Part shown: one piece after another, positions 46,801 through 61,156 of the stretch | Numbering within the stretch: the first letter of the stretch is position 1 | Layout: each line of letters begins with the position of its first letter | Source of the DNA: Selaginella moellendorffii | Lineage: Eukaryota > Plantae > Lycopodiophyta | DNA length: 64,000 bases | Assembly: GCF_000143415.4 (NCBI RefSeq) | Contig: NW_003314304.1 | Span: forward strand, 759,587-823,586 | Direction of reading: 5' to 3' | Notes under the pieces: model-generated | What the model saw: the letters and a program-made list of their open reading frames with translations, nothing else | Database searches by the model: none | Told to the model about the DNA's origin: nothing | Translations under genes and position numbers: made by a program

Positions 46801-48392
46801 TAGACTAATCCCTACAGTCTTGATTGATCCACTTGTAATCATGCCTAGGAAGGACCCACTAGTGCCATGCTAAACAGCTATGGACTAGCCTATTTGCTAC
46901 TCATAGCAAACCCAGGGAAAGTTTGCTTTCACCCACGGTACATGGAACAACTCATGGAACCACCAATAGGCTAACATTAATCCTGCCAACTCAAAGTGCA
47001 ACTTTGAGTTGCTAATGTGCCTCACTCACGAGCCCAAGCGTAAACTCATGCTAACGGAGTATCTCAAATCCATCCTATGAGCCCAAGAGCAAGCTCACAT
47101 CATAAGGTACAACAAGGTAACCAAATCCATACCCAAGGAACAATTGTGAACCCTTTGCACCAAACGTGTACCCACTCGGATCATCGTTTTCATCTCTGCG
47201 TATGCAACGAGACTAGTTGCCCAATCTCATTAAATAGTATTCGCTGAGACTCATTCTCTGATACCAAATGTAGCACACGTGGTTTTGACCCTTTATCCTA
47301 TGGAGATTTACCATAGGATAACACCACGAAGCGGAACCTAACCCTCTTTGTGCCACGTGATAGATGCCACGTGTCCATGCCACGTGTCCATAGGAACCCG
47401 AGGTTCAGGGCCTTAGGCCACTGAACGAAGGAACGGTGCCAAACTCCCAAGCATAGAGCCAAGGAGTGACGGAACCGAACCACGGAGCAACTCCCGAGCA
47501 TAAGCCCAAGGAGCGAAGGGACAGGAGCCCGGAGGGACTTGGAACAGTCCTGGAGCAACCAGCATCCCAATGCCAGGACTAGCATGCAAAACAGAGCCAA
47601 ATGGAGTCTGGTGCTATTTCGGCATACCGGTGGCCTAACGTGAGGATATGGGTACTCCACCAGCTAGCATGGAATGGAACTTGGGCTTAGACCCAAGCCG
47701 GATGCAGAACAAGGACAAGCACGCAAGTGGAAGCTAGACTATGCCTCAAGTTGGTCGGCTATGCCTGACCTACCCACTATCCCTACTATACATTTGAAAC
47801 CCCCTATAGCCCCCCCCCCCCCTTGAGGAACACACGCTTTGGGCTTTCACCCCAAGCTTCCTTTAGTATCAGGAGTTAGTCTCTGGGGCAAGCTCGAAAC
47901 TTACTAAATATGGAATGTCCTTAGATTGCGAATTTGGACACGGGACAAACACCATTGTGTTCAAGACAATCTCTACATTCCGTAGATGTGCCAAATGAGC
48001 AAATCTGGACACTTTCCATAAATAGCATTTGGGACCGGAATGAGACCAACACAAAAGGCATGATAGCGAGGGTGTTTGGCAGACACGGTAAGCTATCATG
48101 TAGCGATATTGAGGGACCAATCTCAATATGCGAGGGTTCTTGTCACTAGCAAGTGCAAGACAAAATGAGACGGGAACTCCTTACCGGGCTAAGTATGCTT
48201 AGCTAATAACACGTAGGAATTCCGTCCTTATGCTCGTCTGGTCTCGAAATGCCCAATTAACTCCACTAGCACAAGAGGGACTGATAAAAGGTCCAGCAAT
48301 ACTGACCTCCTGCCATCGTGGCAGTAAGGTAAGAGTGTCCGTAAGGACTAGTCGACAAGTAACTTTCGATACTCGAAGTCACATTCGCGACA
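43850..48392 (-). mobile_element. Truncated or non-autonomous LTR retrotransposon (one LTR plus PBS plus decayed internal region); left limit approximate
   Basis: tRNA-iMet PBS TGGTATCAGAG on the minus strand at 47256-47266, 2 nt from an LTR end; abrupt composition change from flanking AT-rich DNA; no gag/pol ORF recognisable. Confidence 0.7.
47269..48392 (-). repeat. Putative LTR (~1.1 kb)
   Basis: Termini TGTAGC...GCGACA (imperfect inverted repeat, TG...CA), adjacent to PBS; AT-rich DNA resumes after 48392. Confidence 0.65.
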
Positions 48393-50529
48393 AATTCTAA
48401 TACTTTTTGCTAACTTTGTGCTTTTGTGTTTTTTGAGAAGCTCACTATAAACAACCAAAGAGAACGACTTGAGAAATGATATGCAAGGATATAAATACAA
48501 AGGGAAAGGGCTCATACATCCCTTTTTTTTCAATTAGTTAAGGTTCTTAAGATTGTATGTTAAGTGTCTTTGAGTTTAAATAATACTGGGTTGTATAACA
48601 TCTAAGGAAGTCCAAATTTAAGAGCTTACAGATCTAACTCTATTAATTAGATAAGAGAATCACACTATAAATTGAAATTATTGACAGTCCAATTTATTCT
48701 AATTCTATTAGAAAGATAAGAGAGTGAGATTCTTAGCTTTTATTTATGAGGGTGTGAACTTTAGGAAAGCTTGATGGATTATAAGGAACCAAAGAAAACA
48801 ATTTGAAAGACAACCTATAGTGTTTAAATATAGAGGAAAAAGGCCCATGAATAAAAATATACCCCCTTTTCTAATTAGTTAAATGTCTTGGGATTTTTAG
48901 GGTTAAACATCTTTGGGTTTGAATAATATTGGGTTATATAACCTCCTAAGAAGTCTAAGTTCAATAGTTTACACTTATTACATAACTAGCCATGTCGTGA
49001 GATATTTACCAGTGACGTGGGCCAACTAGGGCAAGTTCAACTATTCCTCCTTTTTAGATAGCACAAACACCCATAATTTATACCACTAGTGTAGCATATG
49101 TGATTATAGAATTGAATATACTATCAATATAAATCCTTAGAACTTATAGGGATAAAATAATTATTAAAGGTGTTTTCATAAAGCATTTGCCCCTTTTTTA
49201 GTTGACTTAAAGTGTGTTATATGTGATATCAGAGGAAATGGCATGGGTTTGATTCATTGATTAGTGGCTATTTAAAATATAATATACCTTTGAGTTAGGT
49301 ATATTTCTACCCCTATTAGGCATCCATGAGTACATCTTTTGTTTTGTAGAGCATTTATAGACAAAGGTATCTGCTGTGGGATTGCAGTATGAATGAATGA
49401 TTAATTGCCTCATAATTGGTTTATATAATGGAAGGATTGGTAGATTTAGTGTGGAAATGAAAGTGCTAGTTCCTCTAATCTCAATAAAGGTTATTAATCA
49501 ATGGTCAATAAAAACATTGATATCTCTAAAAAGGGGGGTGAGTATGGATTTGGATGGGGAAAAAATAGCTCTTAAGTGCTCTCTCATTAAATAATTACCC
49601 TTTTCAATTGACTTAAAACGAAGGAGATAAGATATACTTCACCAAGCATACCAAATAGTCAAACTCACCTTTATTCACCCATGTGTTTGGAAAAAATCCT
49701 ATACTCACTTGGGCAAGTCCCTCTAAAAAATGCAAAAACAACAACAATAGTAAAGGCTAGGGAAATCCATGGCTACCCAAATCACTTATTGGCTGGAAAG
49801 ATTAAACAATCAAGCTAGAAGCTCTTAGTCCTTATTGTACTACACAAGAGTAATCTTGTATGGGAGAGGATGATGTAGTATGTTCAAAGAAGGAGGGATG
49901 GCTTGAGGCCACTATGTTTCTATTGGTCAGTTATAAACCATTATAGAACTAGTAGAATGGGGGCTCCAAAGTGCTGGGTAAGGCATAATTACCCTCAATT
50001 GCCCCACCATCATATACTCTTGTAAAAAGAGAACAATTTTCTATTTCTTATATATGGTCAAGGCCTTTATGTTGCCACCAACAGCCATAAGGCACTCTTT
50101 TGCTCTAAAATTCTCCCTCAAACTTTCTCAATCCCCCTAGAAGAACACTTTGAAAATCTCTCTTAGATTCACTCTTAGATTCAACACTTTTAGATTTAAA
50201 ATCACTATTCCAAGTCCATTGTTTTACTAGCAGTCTATGGAATGCTCACACATAAACTCAAGACAATCTATGAAATCCCTCTAGAAAACACTCTTCATTC
50301 TAATTCTATAAGAATATTATTAAACACTTTTAAACGTCTCAAGAAAAGGGTGAGGCCCCATCAAACTCTTCCTATCACCATCCCCTATTTATATATCTTA
50401 CTCCCATCTAAATCTCTTAAAATTAGATTATAAATCTTTATTTGCACTTTGTCTTGTAGTGAAAATCTTAAACACCTAAATCATAAAAGAATATTTTAAT
50501 GGATCTCCTCTCTTTTGCCTTAGTGCCAT

Positions 50530-50940
50530 GGGGTTTGGATTATGTTTAGCATCAGTTTGGCTTATATATTAAGAAAATTTCCAGATAACATTTGGTGATT
50601 CTAGCTTCTTAGAAATTATTTTGGAAATTATTATAGGTAATTTTCCAACAAGGTAAATTTTTGTACAAAATAGGGCATTTATGGCTTTTAAAGCTAAATT
50701 TGCAACTAATCATATCACATCCTAACCACCTCACATAAATTCTTACATATAAATTCTTAACTACCTCACATAAATTCATATATAAAAATTCTTAAACTAT
50801 TTACTAATATGATGACTTAAATCTTTATATTTCTGATAGGAAAACAATCTCATCCATGAAAATTTTCTACCTGCCATATGTAATTCAAAAAATGTTTGTT
50901 TTTCTCAATATATTACACAAAATAATCCATTTCATAACAC
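50530..50940. repeat. Further diverged unit of the AT-rich family seen at 38.4-43.8 kb
   Basis: aagctaaatttgcaactaatcatatc, taaccacctcacataaattctta, cacaaaataatccatt motifs shared. Confidence 0.7.
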
Positions 50941-51165
50941 AAATGGAGGAGCTCTTTTCACTTTCTTCTCTTCTCTTTTGTACATGTATCTCTTTGGATT
51001 CTTTTCTCTATTCTCTGCACAGGAAGAAGAAATCATCATCCTTCACAGCAATGCGTTCTAGTTTACCTTCAAACAATTAATAGCATGGTTGAAAGGAAGA
51101 GCTCCAGTTCGTTTCATCGTAATAACGAAGATCCTTTTGCTTCCGGGATAGAACGCTGAGCGTAC

Positions 51166-52601
51166 TCACAGTTTGTTTCCCGGGGCCGTTCGATCCACGC
51201 TGCGAATGTTGTATTGCTCGTGGACTCTCTGCCGGTTCTCTTGCCACCATTGCTCGGCTTGCTTCTCACTAAACCGCTTGCGACTGGAAAATGAAAGAAG
51301 AGTTATCATCAGCAAAGAGCAAAATATAAGAAATCACGAAAACAAAGATCACAAAGAAAACAATGTAGGAAGAAAAAACAGAAACACAAGCAAGGCGCTG
51401 CTCAGGTAGTGATCGATCGAGAAGAAACGAGAAAAAGCAAAGAGAGCGTGTACCTGAATCTCACTCTCTTGAGCTCCCTTCCTCCGGCCGGAAGCACGCA
51501 TAGTGTGAGATAAACTCCCGGCTGGTCTTGTTCCACCCAATCGTTCTCGGGCTCAGGGCCTCCTCCAGTGTCCGTCTTCTCGCCATCGGTGTCATAAGCT
51601 CGAGTGAGCAAACTTGGCCTTCGACTGGAAGCTTGCTGCTGCTGTGCAGGACTGGCGAGGCCATTCGTGTCTGGAGCGATGCTGCGAAGATTTGGAGTGA
51701 GAGCTCCCAGCGAGTATCTCAAGTGAGCCGTGGAGTAGCCACCTTCGTCATCGGTGACCGAGAGCGAGTCTAGAGTTGTCACCGGAGGATGGACGCCGTT
51801 TGGAAGTTGGTCGTGGTGGAACTGTTGCTGCTGCTGTTGCTTGTGGCGATGGAGTCCGGCTGGGACTCGCTCAGCCATTTCCTTGAGCTGTGTGGATTCA
51901 AAGAAGAAAAGTTGGCTCTTTACCTCTATCGGAAAAAGAATGGAGTACCTGTGCTGTGAGTTGCTTGATTACTTCTTTTGCTGCTTGGCACTTTGCACTC
52001 TCCTCGCCGGCGATTGCCAGAGCCTCTTGGACTTGTTGCGCGGACCTTCGTAGCTCCGCGTCTTGTTGAAGTAGCTTTCGATTCAAATCCTCGACCTTTG
52101 GGAAAAACGAGCCAGGAGGAGTGTAAGAATATCGAGCAAAGATAAATCAAAGAACAAGATCTAAGAACGAGGAAAACGAAACAAACGAGAGTGATGAACG
52201 AGAAAATCGCCAATGGAAGAAACAAGCGAGAGTAAAGAACGAGAAAGTATTAAAGGACAAGGAAAGAATGCTGCACGTACCTGTTCTTTCAATTTCACAA
52301 CTTCGTGGTTGACAACATCGTTCTCCCTCTTGAGCTCATCCACCAGCGTTTTCGGAGTCGCAAGGCCAGCCAGAGTCGGAGTCGGAGTGGCCGAGCGAGG
52401 AGGACTCGGCCTCCTCGAGAGTGGAGAAACGCTCCTGGAAGCCACCCTGGAAGTCGGGACCGAGAGAGCCGACACCAAAGGTCTCAAACTGCTGCCACTC
52501 CCGCCGCTGGCATACGGATTAAACACCGAGGGAATGTCCACAGCACCCCACGGCTGGACCGAGCTCGAGAATTGCAAAGCCTGGTTGAGATGATACTGCG
52601 G

Positions 52602-52632
<31 letters not shown>

Positions 52633-55468
52633 GGCTGGAGCTCCAGCTTCCTCGGCTTCTTCACAGACCCTTCGCTTAGTTTCCTCGCATCACTCCCTCC
52701 AACCGGCGGCTTTGCAGCTTTCCCTTCGCCGGGCCTCTCCGCTCGAGTAAGAACTTCGGAAGCTCGTCGACCACCTTGTTGTCCTTGCGTCGCCACCATT
52801 GATTTCCTCGGCACTCCAGCCCCACCACCGCCACCAGGAAGCAGAACTTCGCCACCTTTCTTGAGCTTGACGAAGCAAGGATCGCAGACCCGATACGGCT
52901 TCGCTGGATTCGGAGCCAGCGACGCCTTGAGCGCCTTCCTGGCGCTACAAGAGTGGCAAAACGCGTGTCCACAGTTGTAGCAATTGTGCCGCTTGCGAGT
53001 GAATCCAAACGGTTGCCGGCAACCCGAGCAGAGCGACTGATCCGCTCCAGACACCCACTTATGCAAGCAAATCGCGGCAGTGAATCCCGAGCCGCAAGCC
53101 ACGCTCTTGACTTGCTTCTCCTTCAGCGCCTCCACCAAAGTTGGCGTGTTTCGATCCATCACGTCGCCATGCCCGAGCCTTCCATTCGCTCCCTTACCCC
53201 ACGTATACACCTCCGTCTTGGCAGTGAGAACAGCTACATGGTAAGCCCCGCAAGCTATCTCCTCCACAAAAGCTTCCCACAGCCGGCCTTCCACAAGCCC
53301 GGGAAGCTTTCCATCAGCCCGGACGTCCCCAAGTTGCCCGTAGAGGCTGCTTCCCATCGTAAAAACTCGGCCATTGATCGTCAGCGCCACCGTGAGAGTG
53401 TGTCCGCAAGCTACTTGCTTGAAGTTATAGTCGACCAGCGCAGCAACGCATGTTGGCACAAGCTTTTGCTCCTTGTCTCCATGGCCGAGCCGGCCTTTGT
53501 CTCCGTCACCCCACGTAAAGAGCTTCCCGGACGATCCCCCGGCATTCGAGTACCCGACCATGACTTCCACCACGGCCGCCGTGTGCCAGACTCCGCAAGC
53601 CACTCTCACCGTCTTGAGACCTTTGAGCGACTCCACCTCCTTCGGAAGAGCCACGCTTCGCTTGTCTCCATGGCCGAGAACTCCGAAAGTCCCATCGCCG
53701 AAAGTGAAGAGCTGGCCAGCCGAGGTGACGAGCGCCGTGTGCCAGACTCCACACGCCACGGACGAGACCCGGATCCCCTCGAGCGGACCCCCGACTCGCT
53801 TCGGAGTCCAGTGGCTGATATCGTTGCCGTGGCCGAGGAGTCCATAGCTGTGAGTTCCATCTCCCCAGGTAAACAAGTCCCCGGACAGCGTCACCGCGCA
53901 AGAGTGGTACTCTCCGCAAGCCACGAACTCGGTGTTGGTGGTGGCCAGCGCCTCGACGAGCTTGGGATGCGCGACATCGACGTCCACTCCGTGTCCCAGC
54001 CGGCCTCCACTCTCGTCACCCCAGCAAAACACCTCGCCTTGCTTGGTCACCAGCGCGGCGTGCCGGTTTCCACACGCGATGTGGTGAACGTCGAGCACCA
54101 CCGCTGACTCAAGCGCCTTGGGCAGCAAAGAATCCGTTTTGATGCCACCATCGCCGCTGCCGACGCTCTCACCCCACAGGAAAACGTCGCCGAGAGCGTC
54201 GCCTTCTTCCTGGCCGGACCCCTGGCTGGACGAGCTCACGGCGCTGGACATGCTCACGCGAAAGTTGGCGTCGAGAGGGATGGCGGCGGAGGTGGCGGCG
54301 GCGGCGCCTCCGCGGAGGTGGAGGACGCTGGCGGCGGGCTCCGAGCTCATGTCCGAGTGGAGAGATCCCGCCGTGGAGGCGTTTTCTAGGAAGAGTTTGG
54401 AGGAGGAGTCGAGCGATGGTGCTCCCGGAGAGAAGCTGCGTTGCTGGAGAGCGTAGCGTGGGGGACTTCCGTATGGACTTTGGAAGCGGAAAGCTTCTCG
54501 GCCATCCTGGAAGAACGAAGAACGAGAACTCATGAGAAAAAAAAGCTTTTTTGTATCGTTTGATCTTGCAGGAGTACCTGGCGAGGAAGATTATCAACGT
54601 TTCCGAACGGGGAGCTCGCTGGAGAGATTCTGGACCACGTCGCGGGGCTGTTTGAGTCCGAGGGAGGACCGCATTCGCTCCTCGAGTCAAATCGCAGGCG
54701 TGATAACTGGCCCCCGGAGACAAGAGCTTTGAGTCCCACGAACCACACCTCGGCCTCGTCCTTGTCTTTGCAAATCTGCGAAGAACACTTTTACTCTCAA
54801 CAAACTTTCCCAAGAACATCACGCCGTACCAGGTCGAGCGAGCGATCGTTGCCATAAATGAGCGAGAACGATTGATACTCCTTCTCTAACCTCGGATATC
54901 TCTGAAAGTTGGCCTGCAAAACCAAAAGCTCTCAGCAAACTTTTCCGGGAACCGATGATGGATGAATTCGATCGCCGATTGATCGAGGAAAGAACTTACA
55001 GTTCGCTGGCCGGGGACAATCCTTGTGATGGAGCTCAACCGCAAACTCTTCTCCTCCTTTCCAGAGTACCATATCAAGTGTGTTTCATCCTGGAAAAAGT
55101 TTGTCACGACTCTACTCGCTCTAAAAAAAAGTGGAGGAAAGATCTTTCGATCGATCGAGCTTTAGCTTTTCACTCACATTGGAGAGCCGGAATGGGCAAA
55201 ACTTTGGCTTTCCTCGTCTCCCATACTTGAGGAGCTGGGCTCCCTTCTTCAGCGCAGTGATAGCCTTTTACACACGAGAGAAGAGAAAAATTTAATCATG
55301 CAAAATAGGCAAGCCAAAGAAAAGAGAGGAAGGAAGAAGGAGAAGAAGAAAAGAAAAAAAACACGACGATGGATGGAACTTGGAAGAAGCGAGGAGAAAA
55401 AAAAGGTTTTGAGGAAGAACCTGTTCAATGTCGCGCTCCACGGCCCCATTTCTCGCAAGATCTGCCAT
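51166..55468 (-). CDS. PRAF/RLD family protein (PH, RCC1 repeats, FYVE, coiled coil, BRX domain), multi-exon
   Basis: [38 protein letters not shown] start, RCC1 repeats (ACG..H...TWG), [30 protein letters not shown]...[25 protein letters not shown]. Confidence 0.95.
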
Positions 55469-56528
55469 CGCCGGAACCAAATTCCTCTAGCTCCGGCGAA
55501 GAACAAGACGCCGATGATGATGATAGCGACGGCGCTGTCGATGGCAACGATGCATCTTCACACCCATGACAAGCAGCAATCTAGCTCCGTCCTGCCGCGA
55601 CCCTGCCTAGATCTAAGCTCGCCGCCGCCACTGGCGAGATCCCATGCCACGCCCAAAATCGCCACTCCTCCTTCGGCTCCTCTTCCTCATCCCTCCTCCA
55701 AATGGGAAAATAAACACCTAAAATGTGAGCGCGGGCATTTGGGTAGCGATTCTTTCCACCATAGCTGGCCTTGCGGTCGATCGATCGAGAGATTCTACCA
55801 TTCTACTCCACTGTTCATCATCATCCCTGTGATACACAGTGACCGAGTCTGCCAAAACAGACAACGCAAATGGAGGGAGGGCAAAAAGAAGGAAGAGAGG
55901 AAAAAAGGTTTTTTTTTTCTTTGGCTTCCTCTTTTTTGGGTCGCTGGGAATTTCTCTGTTCTCGAATGGGTTGTGCTTGGATTCTCCAGTGGCGTGCTCA
56001 ATCGATCGATCTACGAATCAATCCCTAGCTTCTCCTGGAAGGACTGGGTCTCATCGGATCAGAAGAGATGCACAGTCATCAATTTCTTGGATGGATCGAG
56101 AGAGGAGCGATCGGAGCTCCTTTTATTTCGGTGGGGGGACCTCCAATTTCTCGCCCTCGTCGCGATCGAGCGCGCAAGAAATTTCCCCTTCTCTCGAAGA
56201 GGGAGCGTTTAGAAAAATTAAATACAAGTACACTGTTCCGTACAAGCCCACAATCGCGATCCTCTTGCACGAGACAAAAAGTCAAGCGCTCGATTCCGAC
56301 CACCGCCAGGAATATCCACCGCGCACCATTTCAAATGCGAGAATATACCCCCTCCTTCCAGGCTCTGTTTTTATTCTTTGTAAAAACGCTTTATTGCTTC
56401 TTTCTTTCTTCCTCTTCGCGACGACAAAGCCATAGCCTGCTCTCTTCGAATGAAATCATCTAAGCATCGAAGTTACGTATCCTTATGTATGTAGCTAAGA
56501 ATGAGAGTGAAAGCTCTTGGAGATCTTA

Positions 56529-58355
56529 CTAGGCGGTGGGGAGGGACTTGGACAATAGTTGCTGCATCGCTCGGGCATAAGTCTTGTGCTGGTAAGTCAG
56601 CGTCGATTCCAAGAGATCGAACAGAGATGTCTTGGGTTCCCACTCTGGATCAAACACCAAAAAGAGAGAGAGAGATGTTTAGACACGATTGGTTGATAGA
56701 ACAAAAGCTAGAACACGATCGTAGCTCTTACCCAGTTGCTTCTTGATGATCGTCATGTCTGGAATGCGCTTGTCGCTGTCATCATATCCCTCCCCGTAAA
56801 ACTCCTTCGAGCTCACGTCGATTGTGGGCTCGTCCAGCTGCGGCCTGCCGCTAACTTTTGTGTACACCTGTGTGGCACCAATGAGAAGTATGAAGATAAG
56901 CCTGGGAAACTGAAAGAAAGTTATAAAAACAACACTTGCCTCGGTCATCATCAGAGCAAGTTCTCTAACTGTGACTTCATTGTCTGGGTTGCCGACGTTG
57001 AACACGTAACCATTTGCTCGTTGTGGATTTTCCTGTCATGGTTCCAAGTGATTAGACTACATCTGGATTTATTCCAACATCATAGAGGCTTACCACCATA
57101 CGCATCACCGCGTCAATGGCATCCTTGATGTAGACGAACGTCCGTTGTGATTGTCCACCATCGACGAGCTTTAGAGGCTCGCTCTTGAGCAAGTTCTGCA
57201 CGGAAGTAATAAAGTAGCTCGTCACATAACATCAATAGCTAGACTCCACAGAAATGTGGTGGCTTGCATACCGTACTGAAGCAAGCCAAAACTCTTGGTA
57301 CGCCTTCGCTTGGCCCATCGATCCCGGGAATAAAATCCATCCGTGGCCCAATCCAGTTGAAGGGACGTACGATTGTGAATTCAAGGCCGTTCTCTGCTCC
57401 CTCGGCTGGAAAGATTATATAACACCACAACCACATGACTTAGTTTCTTTCAAACAGAAACTTTGCTTACCATAGATGACACGCTCGATCAGCTGCTTTG
57501 CACAAGCATACGACCATCGCTGCTTCTCAATCGGGCCAAAAATGCAAGGAGACTCGTCCTCCTTAAGCACGTAGTAACTCGGGTCCTGTCGCCACGAACA
57601 GAATAAAAAAACACGATAGAAGAAAAGGTAAAGTCAGACGAAGAGAAACTGGATAGAGATCACCAGGAAAAACAAAATACATGCCTTCCTCAAGGAACTG
57701 TCCTCGGGCAAAAAGCTTCCAATCGTTTTTCCATACACTTCGCACGTAGAAAAATGGATCAAGCGCTTGTTGTTGTCCGAGCAATATCTAACCTGTTCGT
57801 TCTCAGTCACTTAAGTTCCAAAAAGCAAAAAATAAGCTCTAAAAACAACTATCAAGCTCTAAAAAAGAACTAAAAACACTCTCGAAACGCTAAGAAAAAC
57901 TACCGACTTACCACTGGCAATGCGTCAATAAAATTACTGTAGATCGTGTCGAGCGGCCGCGTGTTATAGTCTGCCGGTGTGCAAATTGCCGCTAGATTGA
58001 TAGTCTGGCCACACACACAAGGATCTCCCGTGAGGAAAAACTCGAAATCTCTAGCTACATTCCAATGGAAATCCCATCTATGGCGACTTACCAGGTCGGC
58101 GAGCTTGATAAGCCCCTCGAGCCGCGAATCGTGCTTGATATTGATCCTGTGGAACTCAATCCGGCTGCTCCAAGATTGCCCTGGCTCCAGCAAATGCTGG
58201 ATTTTGTCGCTGTAGACATCAATCGCCAGCACCGAATGCTGCGTCTCCCACATGAGCTTCTCGCACAGATGCGAGCCGATGAATCCCCCAGCTCCTATCA
58301 TACAAATCTTGAGCGGCTCTATCACCTGTCCATCCAGATCTAGCCTCGCCGCCAT
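56529..58355 (-). CDS. AXS: UDP-D-apiose/UDP-D-xylose synthase (multi-exon)
   Basis: RLDLDG..IEPLKICMIGAGGFIGSHLCEKLM, NLAAICTPADYNTRPL, WSYACAK, RPFNWIGPRMDFIPGIDGPSEGVPRVL, FYGEGYDDSDKRIPD. Confidence 0.95.
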
Positions 58356-58599
58356 GGATGCCAGCCTGTTGCCACAGATCCGGGCAATGCCGCGCCCCCG
58401 CGCGCCCGCGCCCTCGCGTTCTTCCCACACTGAAAAAATGAAGCACCGAAAATTTCTTTTTCACCCTTCACGGGTGTTCTTTAAGGGACCTCTTAACGGA
58501 CGGAAAATGCGGCAGGATATTCCGCCCGCACGAGGTACATTCTGTCGGACAATAATATTCACGGAATATCCCATGACGCGCTTTATACGTAGCCCATCC

Positions 58600-61156
58600 T
58601 CCAGGCAACACACTCAGCCCCTCTCGAGCTTCTGGAAAATCAAACATTAGCTCCAAAGAAACTATGATAGCGACCAAAACCTCTCGTAGAAAACCTCTAG
58701 AAAAGCAAAGAAAACATACTTCTCGGCCGCTTGGACGTCGCTTGTCAGCGAGAAAGCTCTGCGACGAAGTCAATCGAATCAGTGCCACCGATGTCCGGCT
58801 CTGGAAGCAAAGCGTTAGATCAAAAACTCGACTGGAAGTTCTACCGGAAGAATTCATGAAAACCAAAGATTTGTTTAGAGCAGCAGTTTAGACATACCAG
58901 TTCGATCAAGAACAACGTCCACCAGAAGCCGGGGAGCCCAAATCCAGCTCGGTAGAATGCCTGCACGATTGATGGAGACGTGAGAGTCGTGTGCTCCAAA
59001 CGGAGTGATTTGGAAAGCTCACCAGGGTGACCATTATTCCGCCAGAGTAGCAGCAGACCATTGCGAAGCCTAGGAATTTGAGATCTCGTCCTGCCTGCCA
59101 GGACAACGAAAAGAATTGTTTAGAGATGGTCAGCATCCCGTAGACAAAAACGAAAAAGCTACTACATACCAGTAAAGTGCCTTCCAGTGCAAGCATGGGT
59201 GGAGTCACGACCAGCGTGCACAGCACCGGCAGACTTATTCTACGCATCTGAAAAGATTTCCCAAGGTGTAAGAACTCTCATCAGTATCAACAGTGACACT
59301 CACTTTCTCAATTATCACCACGTCCTTTGTGAAGACTTGCGGAACAAGCCACGGGATTGAGATCGCGGAAAACCCAGCAACAAGCCCCACTGTTGCACCA
59401 ATAATGAGAAGGATTTGGAGAAGAACACGGGCCTGAGCATGAGATTAAACCGTGACGTTTTCTGTTCGAGAAACTAGGAAACGCGAGTACCTGATTCAAG
59501 TCGCGAGAGGATCCATCAAGTAACGCAGGCATGAATGTCTGCGCTGTCTGAGCTAAAGGTTCTCCCCATACGTAGCACAAGTTCTGGATTCCTATCATCA
59601 CCTGCAAGTTTCATGGTTTTACTTCCGTCTTAGTACTGTTTGGCCGGGCCTGGAATTATAAAAACAATTACCTGGTGCGCAGCAAGATTTAGGGGCCCCA
59701 ACGTCGATGCAAGATATGTACACAGAGTATAAAACACGACCTGCAGAATGTTTCTTCAGCAACCAAGTCAAGACAGGAACGAGGAGGCAACCTCAAAAAC
59801 GGTCGTTGTCAAAACAGGAACGACTATTTTCAGGAGCTGCTTCAAATCTTTTCTTGACGGGAGGCAGACAAGAAATATGTTGTATCCTTTATGAACTAAA
59901 GACTTGAGCATCAAAACCACTGCAACATACTGCCGAGGAAACATTTCATATGAGCGTGAAGAACTTGTAGGCAGCATGAGTTACCTGAGCAAAAGATGTT
60001 GCCCAAGCCGCGCCGGCGATTCCAAATCCTAGAGACGAGCACAGAAGAATGTCTCCGACGGCATTAATAGCACCGGCAATGGCTAGCACCTTCAAAGGGC
60101 TCCAAGAATCCTTCATTCCAAGGCTGGAGAAACTCCGGTGCAAGTTATATGCTATTCACAGAATCCAACTTACATAGCACTTTGAGCAACCATTCCAACA
60201 AGCATTGCTGGCCATGACAAAGCTCTAATCTGAAAAAATAAGAGGGCAAACTGAGAAACCTACGTAAAAGATCGTAGAACTACCTTTACCTTTACGTATG
60301 TCGCAGCAGGAGATACCAGGAAAGAATTCTGTGACTTTAGGAAACCTGATTGATTTCAAAGCGAATGATTGAAGCTAAAGAATCGTCTTACCTTGGAGAA
60401 GTGGAGTCGCGTAGAACTCCATCAAAACGAGCATGCCGATGCCGAGGCTCAACGATATCAAAAGCAGCCGAGACAAATGCTGCGCTGCTTCTTCCAGATC
60501 CTGATATAAAAACGAGCGAGTGACTTCAAAGTCTGGAAAGATGAAAAAATCTCTACACTCACATTGCGAGCCAGCGAAGTTGCAATAAGATTGGAGGTGG
60601 CCACCGATAAAAACATGAACAAATACGAGACATGGTCGCAAAGAACTGTTGCTGGCCCTGTCTAGAAAATTCTACGTAAGGCAAAGAAGCAAGGAAGTGA
60701 AAAAGAAAAAGCTCAAAGCTTACCAAGCGCTGCTAGCTCGAGGGTGCTACAATTTCCAATCACCGCAGTGTCAATGAGGCTCATCAAAGGACTGAAAAGC
60801 CAGATCCCAAGCGCGGGTCCAGCAAAGGTCATGATCTTCCAAAACTGCCGTAGCAATTTTTTCCCCCAGACAAGACGAAGAACAACGCCGGAAGAACCAT
60901 CCGCCGCTGCGCTGGACTCGTAGAACTCCTCCTTGGAAATATACTCAAACTTCCCATCGCTGTTTCGAAATCTATAGCCACCGCGCTGGCTCGCCTGGCT
61001 CCTCCAATCCCTTCTGGGCCTACATTCGCGAATCGAAGCCTCGAGCGACGGAGCTGGAGCAGCAAAACTCCTGATTCTCACCAGTCCCCAAGTGGAATCT
61101 GTGCCTGTCCACGATGGAAAACCCCCAACAGCGGCGCCGACATAGCCTATTGGCAT
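58600..61156 (-). CDS. MATE transporter, DTX46/EDS5-like plastid clade (3' end approximate)
   Basis: Transit-peptide-like N terminus, [73 protein letters not shown]. Confidence 0.88.

Noticed and set aside
48400-50500. Degenerate repeat pair (~48480-48630 and ~48825-48965) and possible transposon debris
   Set aside because: No termini or coding motifs that I can support
55298-56212. 304-aa plus-strand ORF
   Set aside because: Antisense to the RLD first exon, intron and 5' region; low-complexity Lys/Arg from pyrimidine tracts
459-61156. Possible salicylate module (SABP2-like esterase plus EDS5-like MATE)
   Set aside because: About 57 kb apart with many unrelated genes between; substrates cannot be inferred from sequence
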